This document shows, piece by piece, positions 7,963 to 16,748 of a DNA stretch of 36,613 nt. The translations under genes and the position numbers were made by a program. Origin of the DNA: an uncultured Bacteroidaceae bacterium (GTDB taxonomy: Bacteria; Bacteroidota; Bacteroidia; Bacteroidales; DYOH01); contig CAYQXT010000001.1 in NCBI GenBank assembly GCA_964421365.1, forward strand, positions 1 to 36,613, in the 5' to 3' direction. The notes under the pieces are model-generated. The model saw only the letters and a program-made list of their open reading frames with translations, was not told where the DNA came from and made no database searches. The number at the start of each line of letters is the position of its first letter. The first letter of the stretch is position 1.

Positions 7963-10710
7963 CTATTTTTTGATGAATAATTTAGATTCCTGAGCTTCGG
8001 CAGTTGAAATTTGAAGAATATAAATTCCTGATTTTAGATTCTGCGTTTTTATTTTCACCTGTTTACCGGATAAACTGAATTTTACCGGATAACTCTTTCC
8101 GTTTATGCTGATTAAACTTAATTGAAATTTACCTATTTTTTTCATCTCTAAATAGATGTAATTTTGTGTTGGATTCGGATACATGCTGAGTATTTGGCTA
8201 ATTGGTTGTTGTATTCCTGCATTTATTTCCGGCTTAGCTATTTTTTTATCAGTATAAATTCGGTATTCACTAGCTTTAAAATCTAAATTTTTACTTTCGG
8301 ATAAAATTTCTATCGAATCACCGCTAAAATATTCGTACCATGTTCCGGTATGTGCAAATTTTGCATTCATAGTCATTGCATTCACATCAAAATTACCGGC
8401 AACCACTACTTCCATACTATCTCCGTGCAGATAGATTAGTTTTGCTTTGCCGGATACATCCATTGTGTAATTTTGGGTGGCAAAAGCCGGATAATATTTG
8501 CGTAAATGGTTTAAGGAGGTATAAACCTGATAAACGCGTTTGCGCGAATTGTCGTCAAAATAATCCCAACGCACAGGTTTACGTCCTACTCTGTCGTTAT
8601 AGTCGATGCTGTAATCGTAGCCTAATTCGCCAAACTGCCATATCATTTTGGGGCCAGGAACGGTGAGCATAAAAACGGCAGCCAATTCGGCACGAGGAAG
8701 CGCTGCAAAAAGATTATCCTTTAAGTTGCCATTTCCATAATTTAAAACTTTATACATCAAACGTTCCTCATCGTGGCTCTCAAAATAGCCTACCAAATTA
8801 GGCTCTGCCCAGCCTCGTTTTTCGTACGAGATCCACGACAAATCAGATTTGTCGCTCTCTGTCCAGCCCATGGCTGCTTCTAGATAGTTATAATTTGAAT
8901 TTCCCCAAATCATTAGTCCTTTTCCCGATAGTTCTTTTTCTTCGGTATTATCGGCAAAAAGTTCTAAAATAGTGTAAGCATTTGGATTTGTGCGTTTAAC
9001 CACATTATTGTATTGCTCTAATATGGCGATACGCGAGGCATCATAAGCACCGCCATCGCCCGGAGTATTGGTAAATCCTTTGGCAAAATCGAAACGATAA
9101 CCATCTATTTTATACTCTGATAGCCAATAAACTAAGGAGCTGTCGATAAACTCGCGGGTAGCCAAACTTTGGTGATTAAAATCAAAACCCCAACTATAAG
9201 CTGAATTAGGTGAATTAACATTATACCAAGGATTTGAAGGTAAAACTTTTGTGCCGTCCCAATATAACTGAACCAGAGGACTTTGACTGAAAGAATGGTT
9301 ATAAACTACATCCTGAATCACGGCTATTCCCCGTTTATGACATTCATCCACAAAGTTTTTGTAATCGTTTTTTGTACCATAAGCTTTGTCTAGCGCAAAA
9401 TAAAACGAAGGATTGTAGCCCCAACTGTCGTTGCCTTCGAATTCGGAAACGGGCATGAGTTCAATGGCATTAATCCCAAGATTTTCTAAATAATCTAATT
9501 TAGCCGTAACCGCTTGAAAATTTCCGTCTTTAGTAAAATCGCGTATATGTAGCTCATAGATAATTAAATCTTTAGACTTAGGAGCAGTGTAATTCGTTGT
9601 TTGCCATGTATATTTTGGCTGTTTTATTTGTAATACAGAGGCTATTCCTTGTGCTTTGCCTTCGGGATAGACAATTAAATTGGGGTAAGTAGTGTCTGGA
9701 ATGTATTTATCATTCCAAGGATCGCTGACTTTTTCGGTGTATGGGTCGGCAATATGAATGTTGCCATCTACAAAAAACTGATATATATACTCTTTGTTTG
9801 GGTCCAAATGATTTATGGTAATCCAGTAACTGTCTCCATCGTTGGCGCGTTTCATCAGACTACTGTCGCTCAGTTGCCAATTGTTGAAATCGCCTAGTGC
9901 AAACACATAATTTTTATAAGGAGCCCACAAAACAAGAGTTACAGAAGAGTCTCCAACAATGTTTATGCCTTTGTGCATTCCGGAAGGCAGATTCTGAATG
10001 GTAATTTTATTCATGGTATAGAATGTGGCTGTATCGCTTAGCATTCCTGTGGCATCAAAAGCCTTAGCTACTATATTATGACTTCCGCCTTTGTCTGTCG
10101 TATGATTTTGTGAAAATGTACTATTTACGCCATGATATAATAAGGAATCATCTAGTAAAACCTGTATTGAATCAGCGTAAGCAGAGGCAACAGAGATTTT
10201 TACCGTATCATTAAGCGAATATACTTCCTGTGTGCTATTGGGCGAACTAATGGCTATACTCAAGCCTTTTTCATATACTTCATAGAAGATATCGCCACCG
10301 GTTTCGGTTTTTCCTGTTTTTGTAGCATCATCGCTTCTGAAAACAAAGGCTAATTTTAGGATTTTTTCGCCATCAGGTACTCCATAGTATGATTTTATAT
10401 CCGGTGAAATTTTAAATTTATAATAATTGGCTGATATTTTTTCTAACTTTGTGTCGGCGGTATTTTCACCCCATGCTGTTTTTACGTATTTCCAGTCGGA
10501 AGAAGCAGTACTTTTGTCTGTTATTACGCCTGTATGTGCATAAATGTCACCGCTGTAATCCATCAATCCTTTGCTGCCTTGTGTGGCATTAAAATATACA
10601 TAAACGCTGTCTGTTTCCATCGGGAATTGTGGTGTGGTAGTAATAAGCTGTGCTTTAATTCCTGTATGTATCAACAAAAAAAGACTAAGAAAGGTATAAA
10701 TCGTTTTCAT
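7963..10710 (-). CDS. Secreted GH13 alpha-amylase-family glycosidase with T9SS C-terminal sorting domain
   Basis: Signal peptide present. GH13 regions VIQDVVYNH, DGYRFDFAKG, TILELF and FESHDEE. C-terminal tail YPNPTQNYIYLE...SGIYILQIS is typical of Por/T9SS cargo. Confidence 0.85.
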   Translation of the reverse strand: MKTIYTFLSLFLLIHTGIKAQLITTTPQFPMETDSVYVYFNATQGSKGLMDYSGDIYAHTGVITDKSTASSDWKYVKTAWGENTADTKLEKISANYYKFKISPDIKSYYGVPDGEKILKLAFVFRSDDATKTGKTETGGDIFYEVYEKGLSIAISSPNSTQEVYSLNDTVKISVASAYADSIQVLLDDSLLYHGVNSTFSQNHTTDKGGSHNIVAKAFDATGMLSDTATFYTMNKITIQNLPSGMHKGINIVGDSSVTLVLWAPYKNYVFALGDFNNWQLSDSSLMKRANDGDSYWITINHLDPNKEYIYQFFVDGNIHIADPYTEKVSDPWNDKYIPDTTYPNLIVYPEGKAQGIASVLQIKQPKYTWQTTNYTAPKSKDLIIYELHIRDFTKDGNFQAVTAKLDYLENLGINAIELMPVSEFEGNDSWGYNPSFYFALDKAYGTKNDYKNFVDECHKRGIAVIQDVVYNHSFSQSPLVQLYWDGTKVLPSNPWYNVNSPNSAYSWGFDFNHQSLATREFIDSSLVYWLSEYKIDGYRFDFAKGFTNTPGDGGAYDASRIAILEQYNNVVKRTNPNAYTILELFADNTEEKELSGKGLMIWGNSNYNYLEAAMGWTESDKSDLSWISYEKRGWAEPNLVGYFESHDEERLMYKVLNYGNGNLKDNLFAALPRAELAAVFMLTVPGPKMIWQFGELGYDYSIDYNDRVGRKPVRWDYFDDNSRKRVYQVYTSLNHLRKYYPAFATQNYTMDVSGKAKLIYLHGDSMEVVVAGNFDVNAMTMNAKFAHTGTWYEYFSGDSIEILSESKNLDFKASEYRIYTDKKIAKPEINAGIQQPISQILSMYPNPTQNYIYLEMKKIGKFQLSLISINGKSYPVKFSLSGKQVKIKTQNLKSGIYILQISTAEAQESKLFIKK

Positions 10711-10845
10711 ATAATAAATTATTTTAAGTTCAATTCTTTCAAAAATAGGAATTGAAATTTGAATAAAAAATTATTTTTTGATAGTAAATAGAGGAATTAT
10801 AGGCTAATTCATATTTAAAACGATTGCGCTTATAGCTATGTTTTT

Positions 10846-13215
10846 CTATTTTTTTTTGATTATAAATTCTACTCTTCGGTTTTTTGCCTGTGGTTTTTCA
10901 GAGTGAATCAATAATTGCGTTTCACCATATCCTTTATACGAAAGTCTTGTATCCGATATTCCTTTTTTTATAAGATAATTTTGGACTGCTTTGGCGCGCT
11001 TCTCCGAAAGTTTGAGATTGAAATTTTTATCGCCAACAGCATCAGTGTGGCCGTCAATTTCAATTTTTATGCCTGGATTTTGCTCCAAAAAGTGGAGTAA
11101 ATGCTCTAATTCAGGAAAGGAAGCGGGCAGAAGTCCGGCTTTATTGAAAGAAAAATAAATATGTTTGAGTATGAATTTTTCTGTTGTGGATATGGGAACA
11201 GGCTTAAAATAAATCTTTTGAATTTTATTTTTTTGTATAGAAGTATCAATTGCCGGTACAAAATAATCGGGTGTATCTAAATAGAAAGTATATTTACCAG
11301 CAGGAATATAAAATTTAAAATCTACTTGTTGAGGCACAAATTCACCTATTTTATTTCGATTTTTATCTGTCCAGTAAATTTTTGTTTTGCCATTAAAATC
11401 TACCGGAATAGGTAGTCGTCCGCTGATCAAAACTACCGGATTGGGTTTTACGTGTTTGGGCAAAGTTGCAGTATAAATATCAAAATTTCCGTTTTCGCGG
11501 CGGGCAAAATAGGCGAGCTTACCATCGGTAGTGATTTTAAATCCCCAATCATCGCCAATGGTGTTTATTTCTTTGCCAAGGCTAACCGGTTGAGACCAAT
11601 AAACCCACGAAGTATCGTAGAGGCGCGTACTTTTAAATACTTCCAATCCGCCCAAGCCACCATGTCCGTTGCTGCTGAAATAGAGCGTTTTCATGTCGGG
11701 ATGCAAAAAGGGGCTAAGTTCGGCGTAAGGCGTATTTATAGTGCTGTTTAAGTGGATGATAGAGTCCCATTTTCCGTTCACAGATTTTAGGGCAAGATAT
11801 AAATCGGTATTTCCCCACAAATTACCATGAAACAGCCGGTTTCGTTTGTGAAACAGACCCTTATTTTCTAATCGGTCAGAAGAGAAAACCAGCACAGACC
11901 CATCGGCAGCGAGGGAGGCCTCACCCTCGAAATAGGAACTGGAAATTTTGGGGATTTCTTTGGGCGTATTCCAGCCATTTTTACCCCTTTGTGAATAGAC
12001 CAAATCACCTCCATTATTGCCGGAAAACAGTATAATGGTGCTTTCATCGGCTGAGACACTTTCGGGTGCTTCGTTGCCATAAGTGGTGTTAATCCCTTGC
12101 AAACGTTTTACTTGTTGCCATTTCCCGTGGTGCATTTTTGAATATAAGATGTCTTCGCCGCCGAGGTTTTCCAGTCGTCCTAATGAGCAGAAATACAGCG
12201 TTTGTCCATCGGCAGAAATTACGGGACTATATTCATTCTTTTTGGTGTTGATTAGCGTGCTTAATTTTTGAATTTTTACATCCTGCGGAAAATGCTTTAT
12301 TACGCGGGCTGTTTCCATCAATTCAGGCATATCTTTCAGATAATTAACATAGTGTGCCAAGGTGTCGAAAGCACTGAGATAATGCTTCTGCCGGAGTGCC
12401 GGCTCCATTAATTTTTGTAGCACTACTATCCGTAAGTCTGTTTTAGCTGTTTTTAAATAGTTTACATAATCGGTATAGAACTCAGGATTATAGGGTTTTT
12501 GTAAACGTAGCTCTTTGGCTTTTTCTGCCCACAGCATATCTTTTTTTAAGGTATCGATAAAAGGGAAACGTACAAATTTTTGGCGAAAAAGTTCTAAACT
12601 TTCTAAATCGCCTTCTTTTTGAAATTGATGGTATATAGCCCACCATGCTGAATCGTAGGTTGCTTTAGCTCGTTTGTGAAAAGAGGAATTGGGATATTTT
12701 TCCATAAATTCGGCATAATTCTCAAAAGTTTTGCTTTTAATGAGCTGCAAATAGGTCAAACTGTCCCGCATATAAGATATTTTATTTGCGTTTTTGTTTT
12801 GAGGATAACTTTTAATATATATATCGGCTAGTTCGGTATCTTTCTCGTTCAAAATTTGTCGACTCAAGGCAGATAAAAAATCGGACTTCTCTTTTTTATA
12901 AATTTCTGTATCACAGCCAAATTTTTTATTCCATTCTCGGAGGTCATTTTCATCGGCCAAAAGAAATTTTGTATCTAATTTTTTGGATAGGTATAAGATG
13001 AATTGTTGCTGTGTTTTTTTGTTTAATTTCAGCGCGCTTCGGAATTTAAGGTAATCGGCTGGGATTTTTGATTTATCAGTTGATTTTATAGAACTTGATA
13101 ACTGGTAGGCTGTTTTGTAATCTCCTTTATCAAAACTTTTAAAGGCTTTTTTTAGGTTTTGGGCGGAAGTATTGAAGACCACAAACAAAAAAAGTAGTGA
13201 AAAAATTTTATTCAT
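10846..13215 (-). CDS. OmpA-family protein with TPR-like N-terminus and PD40/TolB-like propeller repeats
   Basis: Signal peptide present. Repeated S.DG..L.FSS motifs. C-terminal OmpA motif GHTDAVGDKNFNLKLSEKRAKAV. Confidence 0.85.
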   Translation of the reverse strand: MNKIFSLLFLFVVFNTSAQNLKKAFKSFDKGDYKTAYQLSSSIKSTDKSKIPADYLKFRSALKLNKKTQQQFILYLSKKLDTKFLLADENDLREWNKKFGCDTEIYKKEKSDFLSALSRQILNEKDTELADIYIKSYPQNKNANKISYMRDSLTYLQLIKSKTFENYAEFMEKYPNSSFHKRAKATYDSAWWAIYHQFQKEGDLESLELFRQKFVRFPFIDTLKKDMLWAEKAKELRLQKPYNPEFYTDYVNYLKTAKTDLRIVVLQKLMEPALRQKHYLSAFDTLAHYVNYLKDMPELMETARVIKHFPQDVKIQKLSTLINTKKNEYSPVISADGQTLYFCSLGRLENLGGEDILYSKMHHGKWQQVKRLQGINTTYGNEAPESVSADESTIILFSGNNGGDLVYSQRGKNGWNTPKEIPKISSSYFEGEASLAADGSVLVFSSDRLENKGLFHKRNRLFHGNLWGNTDLYLALKSVNGKWDSIIHLNSTINTPYAELSPFLHPDMKTLYFSSNGHGGLGGLEVFKSTRLYDTSWVYWSQPVSLGKEINTIGDDWGFKITTDGKLAYFARRENGNFDIYTATLPKHVKPNPVVLISGRLPIPVDFNGKTKIYWTDKNRNKIGEFVPQQVDFKFYIPAGKYTFYLDTPDYFVPAIDTSIQKNKIQKIYFKPVPISTTEKFILKHIYFSFNKAGLLPASFPELEHLLHFLEQNPGIKIEIDGHTDAVGDKNFNLKLSEKRAKAVQNYLIKKGISDTRLSYKGYGETQLLIHSEKPQAKNRRVEFIIKKK

Positions 13216-13268
13216 TTTGTGAAATCTAATGTATTTTGTAAATTTAAGTAATTTTTAAAAGCCAAACA

Positions 13269-13619
13269 ATGAAAAGAATTATTTTTACAAGTATTTTGTT
13301 ATTTATTAGTAGTTCAATTTTTTCTCAGATTTATATAAATGGGGCAAAATTTGATGTTTCCGATAGGCATTATATTGAAGTATCGTACTATAATAATATT
13401 TTTTTAAAGGGAGCTTATTTAAAGGCGAATTCATCAGTTGGTATTTCTTCAACACAAGTTTTTACCGATTCACTAAAAAAAACACTTTCTTTTAAATCAA
13501 GGAGTGATTTTTTTAATTATTTATACAAACAGGGCTGGAAATATGTGGAGGCAGTGGAAAATTCAACTAGTTCAGAGGGCTATTATAATACTTCTTTTAT
13601 TTTTGAGAAAAGAGAATGA
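13269..13619 (+). CDS. Small secreted hypothetical protein
   Basis: Signal peptide MKRIIFTSILLFISSSIFSQ. No recognisable family. Confidence 0.55.
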   Translation: MKRIIFTSILLFISSSIFSQIYINGAKFDVSDRHYIEVSYYNNIFLKGAYLKANSSVGISSTQVFTDSLKKTLSFKSRSDFFNYLYKQGWKYVEAVENSTSSEGYYNTSFIFEKRE

Positions 13620-13651
13620 ATAATAAAGCATATAAATCGGAAACTGCCTTT

Positions 13652-13757
13652 TAACTAATCCACTTTTGAAATTTGTAAATGTTTCTTTACAATTTATTGA
13701 TGTTCTGGAATGAGCAAAGTCTAGCACGCAAAATGTGATACCGTATCGGTATAAATT
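13652..13757 (+). repeat. 107-nt intergenic element family R2, copy 1
   Basis: Aligns with 26080-26187 (plus) and 20978-21084 (minus). Shared blocks are GAAATTTGTAAAT, TTCTGGA and GCAAAATG.GATACCG..CGGTATAA. Confidence 0.7.
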
Positions 13758-13935
13758 AATAATTAGAAATGACTAATTCCGAATTCTGTTTTACTATTTG
13801 TAAGCTGTACTGATTTTGAATCAGGATATTGATTCTTTTATATTTTTTCACAGTTGATTATAGTCTTTTTGTGGATTTTGGAGAATGTAGTGTTCATTTA
13901 TAGATAAATTTTTTACTAAAAAAGTTTCTGTTGCC

Positions 13936-14118
13936 GTGTTGGTGAATAACAAGTACACGAAATTAACAAATGAAAAAAATGAAGTTTTAAAGTTTAGAAA
14001 TATAGTTGAAGTTTTGGATTATTTCTACACAAAAGGCTGGGAACATGAAGATCAGGTTAGTTTTATGTTGTCTGAAGCGGGTAATGCCTATTTTTACCTT
14101 TTAGTGAAAAGAAACTAA
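13936..14118 (+). CDS. Possible truncated paralog of 13269-13619
   Basis: FRNIVEVLDYFYTKGWEHEDQV resembles FKSRSDFFNYLYKQGWKYVEAV. It has only a GTG start, no signal peptide and no in-frame ATG back to the stop at 13888. Confidence 0.3.
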   Translation: MLVNNKYTKLTNEKNEVLKFRNIVEVLDYFYTKGWEHEDQVSFMLSEAGNAYFYLLVKRN

Positions 14119-15353
14119 GGAACGATACTTGTTTTTGGCAAAATAAGAATGAAATTAGCATCTATTTGATTATATAGCATTGTATTGCCAAAAATCAGTA
14201 GTTGTGGATCAGTGTCATTAATCCAAAAAGCATCGGTAATCTCAGCTTCGTATCTGCTTCCAAAAGAAAAGTCGATTTGGCTATTTTCGCCGGAGAAAAC
14301 CCGTATCTGGTTATCGTAAGAAGTACCCAGAATTATTTTTGTTTGTTCGCTTGAAGTTTGATTCTTAACAAAAATAATATTTTTTTGGGCATTTATTTCA
14401 TTCAAACTAATGGTTCTGATTATTTTTTTAGCATCCAAATCATATTCCTGAATTTGAGAGCTTTGATTTATTATGTTGTAAGAAATAGGGAAAACGATAG
14501 TGGCGTTTAGGAAATTTGCTTTTCGAACAAAAATATTTGGCCTATAAAATATAGGGTATGACTTATTTATTTTTTCTGTTAGCGAATTAAAAAGGAGTAA
14601 GCTAAAAGACAGAGGGCTATTGTTGTCTGGTTGATAGGGAAAATTTAGATAAAGGCTTGATCCATTTTTAATAAGAAAGCAATAATCTTTTAGCAAGCCA
14701 TAAAAATAATAGGTGCTGAATAAGTTTTTACTCTCTATTGTACTAAATGGCTCTGCATTGTATGAAAATGAATCTAAAATGGAGAGTTGTTGAAAATCAG
14801 TACTTGCTTTTATGAGAAATATTTTGGTATTCAATGTTTTATCAAGAGTGTCATTGGTTAGTAATAAGTAGCCCGCATCGTAGTCTATTACGGATAGGGG
14901 AACTTGATTATCAAACCCGGCCAGTATATGTTCGACCGTATATTTTCCGTCTTTATCAAAATGATAGACTACTATTTTTTTATCGCTTCGCAGTGCCAAA
15001 AAAACTGAACTATTATCTTTATTAATTTGTAAATTAGAAGGAAACGCTATTTTGTCGGCTGGTACAAATACATTATCGTACGAAACAGAGTCTTGAGAAA
15101 TAAATTTAATCCGTTTTTGTTTTAAGGTACCGAAATCGTATTTTGTTTTTTGCTCAATACCTAATAATGAAAAAGTATTTGAGCCTAATGCTTGTACCGC
15201 AAAAGCCTGATTAACTCCGGGAGTGATGTTTTTATAATAAGTGATGGGAGCAAAGTTCGCCTTTTTCTGCTCGCAGGAGAATAGAGCGAATAATCCGATT
15301 ATAAAAAAGAAAGTAAATAAGCTTTTCTGAGTATGATATTGTTTGTTTTTCAT
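14115..15353 (-). CDS. Hypothetical lipoprotein
   Basis: Lipobox LFALFSC after a hydrophobic leader. The start is moved to MKNKQY because the upstream 27 nt are the conserved block. Confidence 0.7.
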   Translation of the reverse strand: MKNKQYHTQKSLFTFFFIIGLFALFSCEQKKANFAPITYYKNITPGVNQAFAVQALGSNTFSLLGIEQKTKYDFGTLKQKRIKFISQDSVSYDNVFVPADKIAFPSNLQINKDNSSVFLALRSDKKIVVYHFDKDGKYTVEHILAGFDNQVPLSVIDYDAGYLLLTNDTLDKTLNTKIFLIKASTDFQQLSILDSFSYNAEPFSTIESKNLFSTYYFYGLLKDYCFLIKNGSSLYLNFPYQPDNNSPLSFSLLLFNSLTEKINKSYPIFYRPNIFVRKANFLNATIVFPISYNIINQSSQIQEYDLDAKKIIRTISLNEINAQKNIIFVKNQTSSEQTKIILGTSYDNQIRVFSGENSQIDFSFGSRYEAEITDAFWINDTDPQLLIFGNTMLYNQIDANFILILPKTSIVP

Positions 15354-15380
15354 TCGTTTATATTTTAAGATTAACCACAT
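15351..15380 (-). promoter_or_regulatory. Conserved start-proximal block ATGTGGTTAATCTTAAAATATAAACGAATG (copy 2 of 3)
   Basis: 25 of 30 positions are identical to the folC copy, with identical spacing to the start codon. Confidence 0.5.
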
Positions 15381-15562
15381 ATACAACACATTAGAAGACA
15401 TGAATTTTTGGGGTTAAATAGATATTTTGAGTGCATATAGTGAAAATTTTTCTACAATTTTTGTTTCACTTTTTGCTGATGCTCGTAGGTGAGCAATCGC
15501 CCATACCACGAGGTTGCCGCTTTTCATTTTTTACTTAAATTGTGGTGTCCATACACTCTATA

Positions 15563-16675
15563 TTATTTTAATTTATTCAGTGTTTGTTTGGCTTGTTTCT
15601 TTACTATATTATTGAAAATTTTGTATTTAAGAAAATAGGAAAAACTGAGCTCAAATTTTAGATAATTTAGGCTTATTGCATCCATATTTTGGTAGTAATC
15701 AAATATAAGTTCATCTCCTTGACCATAAAAAAATATATTTGAAGCGGTAATCTGTTGTAGATCGTGATTTAACTCGGTTTTGAAACTCAAAATTGCCTGA
15801 GGAATAATACGGTAAGAAAATGATAATTGGGTAGTTAGACCGGGGGTAAAATGTTCAAAATAGTTATAGGTATCTATTTTCCCCGAAGCATTTTGCTCTT
15901 GGATGGATGAAGCATAACTACTCAGTAAAACAGAGTAGTAGATCCCGACACCTATATTCATATTAAATTTATTTATGTGATTATAAAAATGATTAGACGA
16001 AAAATCATAATTTATCAGCAATAAATTCTGCAAATAATTCATAGAGAGGTTCATCATGCTACTACTAATTCCCTGAATATAATTTTTCCGAATAAAATTA
16101 AGGGCAAAACGCTCTATTCCGGTTGAGAAAAAGATTTTAGGCCGTACGTAAAAGTTAGCTATTAGTCCATAAATGGTAGTGGGATTGCTCGCTTTATTCG
16201 AGCGGATAAATAAAGTATTTTCTTTGGTGATACTATTTATTCCAAAATGGGTCTTTATCATGGCAAAATTAAGTCCGGTAATTAATTCAAAACTTAGTCT
16301 TGGGCTAATCAAAGATTGCTCTGCTGTTTGTCTTATTTCAGGGAATTCATCGCTTTCTAAATGGATGAAAGGACTTAATACTAGCATCTTTTGAGTATAA
16401 TATTTAGATAGAATAGCATTTTTTTTCTGGGCAAAAATCCGGGCTTTATACAAAAAAATATCACTTTTGATTTGTTTCGAACTTCTAATCTGAACGGCAG
16501 TGTCTAAAAAATCTTTGGCTATGTTTAATTGTCCTGTTTTATAACTCGCTTTTGCACTGTCTAAAAAATTTAGCGTAGTGAGTTTTTGTGAATATACATT
16601 TATGAAACTAAATAGAATAAGCCCGAAAAAAAATAAATAGCGAATGGGTTTATTATGTGCTTTGCTTTTAATCAT
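15563..16675 (-). CDS. Putative outer-membrane beta-barrel protein with short helical (TPR-like) N-terminal region
   Basis: Signal peptide FFFGLILFSFINVYSQ. The C-terminal two-thirds shows an alternating hydrophobic/aromatic strand pattern. No named family recognised. Confidence 0.55.
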   Translation of the reverse strand: MIKSKAHNKPIRYLFFFGLILFSFINVYSQKLTTLNFLDSAKASYKTGQLNIAKDFLDTAVQIRSSKQIKSDIFLYKARIFAQKKNAILSKYYTQKMLVLSPFIHLESDEFPEIRQTAEQSLISPRLSFELITGLNFAMIKTHFGINSITKENTLFIRSNKASNPTTIYGLIANFYVRPKIFFSTGIERFALNFIRKNYIQGISSSMMNLSMNYLQNLLLINYDFSSNHFYNHINKFNMNIGVGIYYSVLLSSYASSIQEQNASGKIDTYNYFEHFTPGLTTQLSFSYRIIPQAILSFKTELNHDLQQITASNIFFYGQGDELIFDYYQNMDAISLNYLKFELSFSYFLKYKIFNNIVKKQAKQTLNKLK

Positions 16676-16748
16676 CGTTTAAAAAGTCATAAATTATTGA
16701 TTATTAAATCTCTTTGAATACGGATTTTCCATTCTGTCATAAAAAAGT

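Noticed and set aside
15481-15513. A hairpin resembling the 26342-26366 terminator stem (shared CTCGTAG...CTACGAG words) was considered as another repeat family or REP element.
   Set aside because: There are only two copies, the stems are short (7 bp, one with a bulge) and the loop sequences are not conserved. I noted it as a possible terminator, but the evidence for a family is insufficient.
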